A stretch of 64,000 nt of DNA from assembly GCA_043228905.1 (NCBI GenBank), contig JBHGNT010000018.1, positions 8,060,001 to 8,124,000 of the forward strand, in the 5' to 3' direction. Positions 12,285 through 23,100 of this stretch are shown piece by piece. Source of the stretch: Azolla caroliniana. Its lineage: Eukaryota; Plantae; Polypodiophyta. Position numbers and translations under genes: made by a program. The first letter of the stretch is position 1. Each line of letters opens with the position of its first letter. A model generated the notes under the pieces. That model did no database searches. It was not told the DNA's origin and was given only the letters and a program-made list of their open reading frames with translations.

Positions 12285-12702
12285 TGTTGAGAGACAAGCT
12301 CAACATTCGGTGCGAAGTACATCGCATAACCTAGTGTGTAGACATGGTGTGTAAAAAAGTACGCACAACAGGGGCGCATCGGTGTGAAAAATGAAGAGGC
12401 CGTTAGAGCGTTATTCCTCGTAAAGGAATAATTTTGGGAGTTTTTGTAGCCGGCTCATTTATGAGCAGTCAAGTACTATCAATACTTGTTTTAGCCCGAT
12501 TTTCAGGGCTTGTATATAAGGTGCTCACGGAGCACAAAGTGTGTATAGAATAGAGTATTATTCTTTTGAATAGAACTGAGTTATCTGTTCTCTCTCTGTC
12601 TCTCCCTCTCCCTCTCCATCTCCATCTCTATGTTTTTTCTATTGTTTCAGAACTATGTACTCTGTGTTTCGCATACGCTTCCGCACACGCTATTCTTTTA
12701 TA
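12285..12702 (+). repeat. 3' LTR of Copia family B
   Basis: Follows the PPT and starts TGTTGAGAGACAAGCTCAACA. The end ttcttttata matches the tcttttaca ends of relatives at 20613 and 61526. Confidence 0.8.
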
Positions 12703-13350
12703 GTAAACCTCCAAGAGAGATACATGAAAGATTTCATGGATGCAATAGTGGGGAGGAAGTTCAAGCCGATAGGGCACATGATTGATACACTCGGAGATGC
12801 GGAAGGGGCCCAATTTTGTGTAATCGACCATGGCACATGGACAAGTGGTCGTAATATTGCGTCGTATTAGCCAAACCATGTCACCTACTTGAATGTAGGG
12901 TGTCGAAGCCCGTAGATGATTGGTCGTTTCCTTTTGTCGATCTTGCGCATTAATGAGCTCAAGAGTTAGATCTTGGTGGATTTCTTTTAGATGACGTGCC
13001 CGCATTCACCGAACCGGAGGGAACAGATATGCTAAAGCGAGGTTGGAAACCACAATTGGCAAAGAATGGGGAGGTGCTGATGGATAAATGAAGGGTGTTA
13101 TTATAAGAGAATTCTGGCAATGGGAGGAACGTAGTCCAATCATCTTGTTGGTAAGTCACCACACATCAAAGATATTGCTCTAATACCTAATTGACGCGTT
13201 CCATCTGCCCGTCTATTTGTGGATGGAATGTCGCCGATAACTTGGTGGTGGTGCTGAGTATATGGAAGGGACGTTTCCAAAATGGGAAATAAATGGGGCA
13301 CCACAATCGAAGATGATGTCATCAGGCAACCCTTGGAGGCGCACAACATT
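12703..13350 (-). pseudogene. Chromovirus/Tf2-like Gypsy integrase fragment
   Basis: QQDDWTTFLPLPEFSYNN, VGDMVWL, KLGPFRI and FHVSLL motifs. Confidence 0.85.
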
Positions 13351-13825
13351 CACCAAGATTAGATTAGTTGTCTCTTGTCTTAATTGACTGCCAAGATTAG
13401 ACTCGACATCTCTTGTCCAAATTGGCTGTCTCCAATTCGTCCTCCTTTAGGCCCTTGACCACATCCGACCATGTCCTGGTCATGGCCTTCATCTTTATGT
13501 GGGCTTTGTCCTTCTAGATTCTGCCACTAGTTTTGCCTTTCTCAACTCTTCCTATCCAAAGTTCAGTTGGCTCCGGCTCGTCCTTTTGGTCGCTCCCCCT
13601 ATATCCGTCCCTGGCTTCTTCAAACATCCCAAAATGGAATTCTCCATCTGATTCGGTTTTTCTGATTTCATCTCTCTCCTCCCCCTCATGTTTAACATGT
13701 CGAGGTGTTGAATGCCAAGCATGCCCAAGAATTTTCGCAACTTTTCTAAGCCAAGAGATTTGGTGACGATATCAGCAACTTGTCAATCAGTCGGAACATA
13801 CATGAGTTCCACTTCACCGGCGAGG

Positions 13826-14386
13826 TGTCATAGACACGATGGAATGTAGGGGGTTGAAGCCATGACCTCCTGGTCTTATTGGGCAACCTTACCAATTGCA
13901 TCCATCTATGCATTATTGTATTGTATCGGTATGTGATAGACACGATGGAATGTAAGGGGTTGAACCCATGACCTCCTAGTCTTATTGCGCAACCTTGCCA
14001 ATTGAGCTACATCGATCTATGCATTATTGTATTGTATAAGTTTCAACTTATTACATTCTATGTTAATCACTAGAACTTTCAAGAAACTTCTAGAAAAAGC
14101 ATCTTCACGCACTCTCTAGAAGTTTCCATGCACTCTCTAGATGTTTCCTAGCTTGCATGCATACCACCACATTCTTGTATAAATACTTCAGTGCACCTTG
14201 ATTACAATCAAGGTGAACAACACTAGTTACGGAAGTATAATTTAGTTCTTGCTCTTTTTTCTACCTTCTCCCTCTCTTGTTCTCTTGTCTATGCTCTCTC
14301 TCTATCTATCTATATATCTATCTTTCGCTCTCTCTTAATATATAGCTCACCTACTTATCCCTGTCCTAGTCTACCCGTCTGTGACA
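13826..14386 (+). mobile_element. Solo LTR (561 bp) with a duplicated 5' segment
   Basis: Inverted termini TGTCATAGAC...GTCTGTGACA. TSD CGAGG/AGAGG. Removal restores the host peptide EHVLSGEV. Confidence 0.85.
13946..14015 (-). other. tRNA-like (tRNA-Ala-like) Pol III A/B-box cassette within the LTR; second degenerate copy at ~13840-13905
   Basis: Minus strand reads TCGATGTAGCTCAATTGG...GGAGGTCATGGGTTCAACCCCTTACATTCCA. No canonical anticodon arm. Confidence 0.7.
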
Positions 14387-16860
14387 AGAGGACATGCTCA
14401 CAGAGAAAATGGTAGTGCACCTCAATGTGTTTGGTCAGGGCGTAGAAGACGAGGTTCTTCGCAAGTTGGATGTTCCTAAGGTTATCGCAATATATCATTA
14501 TTTGCTCGAACACCTCCACATGTAGATCCTTCAGTAGCCTTTTGAGACATATGGCTTCACATGTGGCGATGATCACTCCTTGGTATTCGGCTTCAGTGCT
14601 CGACAGTGCCACTATTGACTGCTTCTTGTTGTTTGAAGCGATCGTGACACTTCCCAATGAGAACGCAAAACCTAATGTTGACTTGCGATAGTCAACATAT
14701 CCGGTCCAATCGGCATCCGTGTATCCAACAAACTATTCGGCTACGTCATGCCAATACAACAACACCCTGTCCTTCTTGCCACTAACATATCACAATATTC
14801 TTTGCACGCACTAAATGTGATCGGTCATTGGTTGCAACATAAATTGGCTGATCAAGACGACCGTATAGCTAAGGTCCAGACGGGTGATGGTCAGGTAGAT
14901 ACGGATTCCGACTATCTATCAGAACCATGTCGAGCCGCATGCCTTTCTCGATTTGGGGCGAAGCTTCACAGTTCAATCTAGAGGAGTCGTGACAGATTTG
15001 CCATCCGTCATTCCGAACTTGAAGAGCATACTCAGCACATAATGTCGTTGGCTCATGAGTATGCCTTGAAGGGTATAGATCAGGTCGATCATGAGGAAGT
15101 AATAAAGATGCCCCAGATCCTTCATGTTGAATGATGCGGCAAGTTGAGACTTGACTCAGCCGATTTCTTCTAAGTCGGCACCGTCGATGAATAAGTCTTT
15201 GACATATAGCAAAATGTTTATCGGTCCAGTCCGACTCTTCTAAATGAACTATGAAGAGTCTGATTTCAACAAAGCAAACCCCATCCTATGCAACCTCTGC
15301 GTGATCTTCGGTAGAGAGACTTGTTCAGTCGGAAAATTGTCGATGTGCTCAATTCGGATAGAAATCCAGGGGGTTGTACCACGTACACCTGTTCCTAAAG
15401 CTCGCCTTGCATGAACGCATTCTTTACATCCATCCAATGTAGATGTCACCACTTTGCGCTACTATAGCTAGCAGCAACACACGAACGGTCGTCATCTTGG
15501 CGAATGTCTCATCGTAGTCGATGCCATGTGTCTGCGTGTAGCCCTTGGCCACCAGTCAGGCCTTGTATTGGTTGACAGAGTCGTCAATGTTGTACTTGAC
15601 TTTGTACACCCACCTGCACCTAATCGGCTTCACATCTTTGCGGTCGTCAACCAGATCGCATGTCTCGTTTTCCGTTAATGCTCCCGTCTCTTCCTCCATG
15701 GCGGCATGCCATTTTGCATCCTTTGTCGCCTCTATATAACTCTTCAGCTCACGCATTTCCATCACCTTTGCCATATATGCATAATGATGCGCCATATAGT
15801 GATACACGTACCGAATGGCGGGATTCCTCTGGTGGGTTGATCAGAACAACTTCTGCATCACTGATTTCAAGGCCCTCTTGGCCGATTCAGACCTCGTTTC
15901 TGGAGGTCCATCTTCGCTCATGACCGTTTCAGATTCACTCCGATCCGATGCACCGGTCTCTGTGCCGTAATTCAACATTTTCATCTTCCCCATGGCCCAT
16001 GTAAGTCGTCTCCTTGGTTCCTTCCACGGGGAGTGCACGATCGAGTCTTGAATGCTTGTCGCCTCATTATCCAACTGTTCATTCTGACTTAGTCTCTCAT
16101 TCGGCCCACTTAGCCGGAATGAGATCAGACTCTCTTCTAGAGTTCCAATGTCTCCCACATTCAAAGAGTTGGCCTCATTGGCCTCATCTTCGGAATTCGG
16201 AACGGAGTTTATGGGGGTTGCAGATGGAGGCAAGTACCATGAAGCTGACTCGACGAATACGACATCTCAACTGACTCGGACTTGTTTTGATCAGGGTTAT
16301 AACACTTATAACCCTTACACTCATCGGAGTAGCCGACCAATATACACTTCTCAACTTTGGCATCTAGCTTCCTTTGCTTCTCCTTGGGCACATGTGCATA
16401 TGCTATGTTGTCGAAAATCCTCAAGTGTGCCAAGTTCGGCTTCTTCCCAAAGTACAACTCATGTGGAGAACCTTTTCCTCCAATTGCAGATGTTCGATTT
16501 TGAAGATACACGACTTTCGGAACCGCTTCGGCCCAGTAGAACTTCGGCATATGCTTCTCCTCAAGCATTGCCCATGCCACTTCCTCTATCGTCCAATTCT
16601 TCTTCTCGGCCACACTGTTCTACTCCAGTGTTTATCTGCACGAGAACTCCTGTCAGATTCCCTCCTTCTGCATATAACTTGAGAACTGGTTGGAAAATTA
16701 CTCTTTTTTGCCATCAGACCTAAGGCACTTGATCTTTCGATATGTCTCCCGTTCGGCAAGGCTCTTCACCTTCACGAAATAGGAGAAGACTTCGCCTTCT
16801 TCTCGATCAAGCATGCCCAAGTGTGCCGGGTGTAGTCATCGATGAAGGTTACAAAGTAAC

Positions 16861-17070
16861 TGATTGAAAAACGAGACTCCGTCGTAACCGAGATTCAAGT
16901 GCAGAATGGGAGTCAATATTTTAACATGGAAAACCCCTAACCAGGTAAAAACCACGGGAGCCCTCAGACTGCAAAGTAATCACTATGAGAGGAAATACAA
17001 AGTGAACTCACAAACACCTACCTTGAGTCTGTTTGCTTCACCTACAGACGGTTACAATAGAGACGTTAGA

Positions 17071-17138
<68 letters not shown>

Positions 17139-19657
17139 CCCATGTATTCCAAGATAGTTGAGGATATGTTACAAATGACAAAGATACAACATGGTGCCAC
17201 ACTAGAATGCAAATGGGAAGCTTTCAAGAAAGTCATTCTCTCATGTACAAACAAATGTTTTTCAACCAACCGCACATCTTGGAAATGCACCAAGAAACTT
17301 AGGAAAAAATGGTTTGATAAAGAATGTCGTGAAGCTCGAAAGTGCCTTATGGTTTTGGATGTAGTTAAGGATAAAGAGAATTACCAAAAGCATTTGCATG
17401 AGTATAAAAGGCTTATTCAAAGAAAGAGAAGAATATGGGAAGTTACTCAACAATTTATCCAAACACAAGAGAAAGCACATGCATGTGCTAAATTTTGGGG
17501 AAATCTAAAGGGAAAATGTGTTGAGAGTTATGGTGACTTAACTCTTCACGACTTGTCTATACATTGTAAGAATTTATATAAGTTATCTCTTGCCGGAAAG
17601 ATGATATGTTATGGTTCTCTTTCACATATGCCTCCCTTCTTTACAATTGAAGATATAGGCATAGGACTTAAGAAATTGGCCTCTCGAAAGGCAAGCGATC
17701 TTCAATGTATAAAGGCTGAAATGCTCAAATGGACGGGAAAGGAAGCACATATATGGATAAGCGATATGTTTACTGATGCATTGCAACATGGTATGTCGTA
17801 CAATTGGACTACAAATTGGATCAAACCTTTACATAAAGGTGGAGATATAAATAATGTAAACAACTATCGAACCATCATGGTTGGCTCATTAATGGCAAAA
17901 CTATTTGGATGTATAATGGAATCAAAGATAAGTGTATGGGCTGAAAAAAGTGGTAAGAGAGCTTATGGACAAGCTGGTTTTCGGAAACACCATAGCACCA
18001 TTGATCACCTTATCACCCTTCGAGTATTAATGGAGGAAAGTCGCCTTAGAGGTAAAGGTTTATATTGTTGCTTTGTAGACTTCAATACAGCTTTTGATAT
18101 GGTACCTCGTGAGTATCTTTGGAGGCGAATGGAAGAACTTGAGATGCCAAGTGAATATATGCTTGCAATTTCCCGAATTTATGAGAAGGTTATATGTTGT
18201 GTGCACATGAGAAATAAACTTTTAGATTTTTTCAAAAGCACTATTGGTGTTAAGCAAGGATGCCCACTCTCACCAACACTATTTGGTCTATGCATTGATG
18301 AATTGGAAGAAATGATTACCAAGTTTGCAAAGGAAGAATGTATTGAAGAAGTTGCCATTGGGAATGTTGTGATTATGCTTTTGCTATATGCAGATGATGT
18401 AGTGCTTTTTGCAAATATTTTAGGAGATGCACAAAAGCTTATGAAGGCATTGGAAAAAATTTGCATGCATACTAAATTAAGTGTCAATAGCTCTAAAACA
18501 AAGATTATGCTTGTGAAGAGCCAAAAAAGAGATAAACCATGCATTATGTACAACAATGAGCCACTTGAATGTGTGGAAAGCTTCAAATACCTTGGCCTTG
18601 AAGTTCCTTCAAATCATAGATGGAATGAATGTGCTACACGCCGCTTAGAGGCGGCCAAACAAGCATACTATGCATTTGAGAACACATGCAATCTTGGAGA
18701 TATTAAGTGTTGGGTCCTCAAGAAATATATTTTTGACACTTTGGTGACACTGGTTCTTCTCTATGGGGTGGAAGTATGGGGTGGTAGCATCCCTAAATCT
18801 ATGTGGAAAGAGTTTGAAAATGTCCAAAAGCATTTTCTTACCAAGTTTCTACAAGTTAAGAAACAAACGCCCTACACCCTCCTCCTCCTTGAGATGGGAT
18901 CGCTTCCCATTGAGATCATGGCCATGGAAAGGGTTGTTGAATACATGCTTAAGGTTCAAAAAAGTCCCTCACATCGACTTCCTAGAATTGTGTGGGAAGC
19001 AAGCAAAAAGATCCAAAAGACGCATAAAAGCAAAATTTTGTGTTCCGGTTGGATGCAAGATATAGAAAAATGGTTTGGTAGATGGGATGCAAGACACTTG
19101 CTTCATGATGCATCATTAGATTCCTCTGTAAATGAGGCATTTTTGCAACGCCAATGTATCATGACATGGGACAAATGTGGAGGCTCATGCTTCACACATT
19201 ATACTACACATGTTGCACCTAACTATATTCTTTACGGAACGGGGAAATCGTACACATCCATACATGTTAGAGCCCATACCGTTATCTGTCATTCGAACCA
19301 TTGCTTCCATGCGACTTAGCTCACATGCGTTGCGATGTGAAACAGGGCGTTGGGGTACAAGTGATGAGAGTGGTCGGCTATGCACACTTTGCCCTAAACA
19401 AGTTCGCGAGCTTGAGTATCACACTTTGATACAATGCTCTGCCTTTGATCATATTCGACCATGCTTTCCACATCTCTTCGATCGAGCCCAATCTTTGCAT
19501 GAATTCCTCTCACAACCACAATGTGCACTCTCGATTGCAACATTCATTGGTAAAGTTCTTGAACATCGAGAGTCACTACTCACTTTCACACGTATCACGT
19601 GAAATGTAATATTTTTGGTCTCATAGGTCATATTTGACCTCCGAAGACGATAATATA

Positions 19658-19703
<46 letters not shown>

Positions 19704-20067
19704 ATATATATATATATATATATATATCTCCCCCCCCCCCCTCGTTATGTCTGTTGTAGAGGCAATGACTTCGCACACACTATATAACACAACTCAAAAC
19801 TGTTACACACATAAAGTTTGCTCTAGTTATCTTTATACTTAGATAACTTTTCGGCTATTTACAAGACCGGCCCAAATAGGCACGACACTGAAACCTATTT
19901 ATAAATTTGTCCTATTTCCCAGATACCTATCCGGAATCTATCCAATTCCGGATCGGTAATATCCGATCTGGTTCGCATCTCTCCTATCCGGTCTCTCTCT
20001 TTCCGTCAAATCCTACTAATCTAGCCCTTGCTTTCCTTCCCATCCAGAGGGACACATTTTCCCAACA
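16861..20067 (-). mobile_element. Copia-type solo LTR split by a LINE
   Basis: TG...CA termini and GTAAC TSD (16856-16860, 20068-20072). Shares the TGGAAAACCC...AAAAACCACGGG motif with the LTR at 33596. Confidence 0.88.
17135..19726 (+). mobile_element. 5'-truncated LINE (RTE-X/L2-like) with RT, C-terminal Zn finger, 3' stem-loop and (TATC)n tail
   Basis: ORF 17142-19319 (QAGFRK, GVKQGCPLSP, LLYADD) frameshifts into 19177-19602 (RLSSH..ETGR, CTLC..H....C). Inserted at (CT)n 17073-17134. Confidence 0.92.
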
Positions 20068-20162
20068 GTAACGACTCCCACCGATGCTCACGTTCTGTGT
20101 CGGTCCACACACATCCAAATGGATCAAATTGAGCTTGTTATGGCTCCAATTATGTTTGTTGG

Positions 20163-23100
20163 TGTTGAGAATCAAGCTCAACATAGTGCAACGTGTGAAC
20201 ACACCCTTTGAGAATCCATGATTACTCAAAGGTCAAGAGTCACACCACTACTCTCTACACATTAACTATGTGTCATAGAATCATATTCTATGACACATAA
20301 CTAATGAGTTACATATTCCCCATGACTATGAGTCTTCACATTCCCCAAGAGAGAGAGTGGTTGTTGTAAGTTAATGAAGAGAGAGGGTGTCTCTATATAA
20401 AGCACCCTCCTCATACTTCATACTAAATCAGTTGTGACTCCTTATTATGCTACCTTTTGTAATTCTTATTCTACTTGTGCAATATACACCTTCTTCTTGA
20501 GTATTCCTTTTTCTATCTATCTTGTGTTCTCTCATCTCTCCTCTAATTCCTCTCACATATACACATAACACACATCTCTTCCACTACACAAGAATCATAC
20601 CCGATTCTTTACATGGTATCAAAGCAATTTGGTAGCTCGATCTAGCCCACTCGCCTCATCGTGATCGTGTATTGTGCTCTACGCCAATGTTCAAGAAGAA
20701 CCGGCTCATCGCTATCGTAGTACCACTACATAGCTCGTGTTCGAGAGAGAAGGAAAAGAAGAAAGGAAGCTTAATCGACAATGAATACTCAAATGGGGAG
20801 CGCTCTCCCTAGCGAGAAGTTGGACCATATCAACTTCGCATATTGGGAGTACAAGATGCACCAATACCTTGTCGGCCATGGCTATTGGGGTTACATCAAG
20901 GGAGCACAAGAAAATCGACCCGACCCGGAAGACGCCGATTACGCAACATGGGAGCAAGCGGTAAGCCGAGTGATGTATTGCTTGGCGACATGTGTTCATG
21001 ACCACATGCTCGGGTACATTCGAGAAGCCGAGACGCCGAAGGAAGCGTGGGAGAATATATGAAAGATTTTCGCCGCCAACACCACCGCGAGAAAGCTTCA
21101 ACTCCGCCAAGAGTTGAACAACATCCAACAAAGGGATATGTCCATCACAAGCTACACCTTCAAGATCAAGGAGCTTTGCGATTCATTTGGTTCAATAAGC
21201 GTCAATGTGGAGGATGACAAAATGGTGCAAATATGCCTCGGCGGCCTTGCACCACGGTTCGGCACGATGCGGACCGTCGTACTAGCATGGGAGAATCCGC
21301 ATGTTTTTGTGGTGGGGGGTGAAACCTAGAATGGCTTCAACCCCCTCCCAAGGGGGTTATGTTAGAGAGAGAGCTAGAGAGAAAAACAAATACAAAATGA
21401 CACAAAATGAGAGGGGGGAAATGTATATCCATTACATGCCCCATAAGGGGTTTATATAATACAAAATGTAACGGTAAATAATGACCGTTACAAAAGAGAC
21501 GATCGTTACACTCTTGTCACATGCACATAATTGTGCATGTGCTCACACATACTCATCCTCACACACTCATTTACTTTACACATACACATCATTACACATA
21601 CCCTTATGCCACCCCGTATATTCTTACGGGTAACACATGGCACGCCTATGGGACCGTGCATTGCACGGGGAACCCACTCGCCATGGCAACTCTTCTCGAC
21701 CGGAACTCCATCGGTCGTCTCAACGGTCGGAAATCCCTCGACCGGATCACTGCTCTACAATCGATAACTGCGATCGGAGCTTTTCTTGACTCGAACCTTC
21801 TCATTCGGTCAGCACAAGTCGCAATTGGATCATACACCAATCGGTTTAATGTGGCATGGGTCGTGAAATCGTGTTGTGCATTTGTGTATTCTTTCTTTCA
21901 TCATGTGAAGTGAGTTTTATATTTTTTTAACCCTTTGGTCTTTAAAATTTTTACCCTCAAATTTTTTGAAATTTTATTTTCGGCCCTTGTGTTTTCGAAA
22001 TTTTGCATTCTGCCCACCAAATTTTGAAATCTCATGTCATGCCCTTGAGCTTTTGAAATTTCATCTTCTCTGCCCTTATGTTTTTTTGAATGCCCCTCTC
22101 TTCTTGCTTCCATTCATATTCTCACCTTTCACTTCTAGCGGATTGCGGTGGCAGCGGCGATGATAGTGGCGGCGGCGGCAACAATAGTAGTGGCGGCGAC
22201 GGCAATTACGGCGATGGCAGCGGTGGCAGTGGCAATTGATCTCTTCAGATAACTCTCAGTTGCGCATCTCGACCATATTCTCATTTCCAGGTCTCAGCCA
22301 TATTCTCGGTCTTGCTCTCTATTTGGTTGTCGGTTGTCGGTTGTTGACCATTTTCTCAAAGAATAGAGCTGAGAAGCTCAGCAAGCATATTGAAAATTGC
22401 CAAACTAGGAGGAGGCACATTTGACTATTGATTATTCTCTTCTTAACCTCACACAAATTAATATTTGTTCTTCCTCAGTCATCTCTTCAGTGATACGAGG
22501 ATCATTCTTATCTGAGGATCTATACTCTATATATATGTAGAGATGATTGGATGGTATAGAAGAAAATAGAAAAATTATGTTGTTGCTACTCTTTCTTCTT
22601 CTTTCTCCTTCTTTCTCTTTGCTGGTCCACCTCGCCATGGCTATGCTCTGCATCACTCTCTTCTCTCTCTACTTCACTTTCCTCTTGCTTATGTTCGCTT
22701 TTGACTTTTCACATTCATCTTCCACATCAATTTCTCCATCCCCTTCAACCTCGTAATAAGAGTAGAGTCGTAGGCTTCACAGCAGCCTCCCTAGCCGGAG
22801 CCGATGTAGATGTCTATTTCGTCTTTAGAGTCTTCTTAATCATCTCGTGGCCATTCTCTCCCGCCATGGAAGGCAAGGAACGTATATAGGTCTATACTCT
22901 CTGTTTCTCTCTGTTTTGTGCGCATGTGCACAGGGTCTAAAAGTAGGGATCGGAGGTAGCGAGAAATGACAAAGGGGGGAACAAGAAGGAGAGCAGAAAA
23001 TAGCAAAAAGGAGGATTGGTGAAGAGGTAAAAGTGCTCAAGGCTTATCAGGTAGTGGCACCCTATCATCACCTACTTGAGATTGATGGAATGCAAGAAGT

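Larger units (their letters stand above)
1670..12702 (+). mobile_element. Ty1/Copia family B element (gag/PR remnant, integrase, RT-RNaseH, 3' LTR), interrupted by two insertions
   Basis: Zn knuckle CWYCGNKGH and VDSGASNH near 1890-2130. GAG-pre-integrase and integrase at 2777-3806. Resumes at 9886 after the GAGAC TSD. PPT gagggggag ends at 12284. Confidence 0.88.
13380..20162 (-). mobile_element. Degenerate Copia family B element (integrase, RT, RNase H, extension), interrupted by two solo LTRs
   Basis: Minus-strand ORFs 16209-16613, 15556-15807 and 14355-14657 are homologous to 3298-3846 and 9913-12207. Resumes at 20068-20162 (LIHLDVCGP). Confidence 0.88.

Noticed and set aside
13946-14015. 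Functional tRNA genes at the three tRNA-like cassettes
   Set aside because: No canonical anticodon arm is present, so they are reported as tRNA-derived promoter-like cassettes only.
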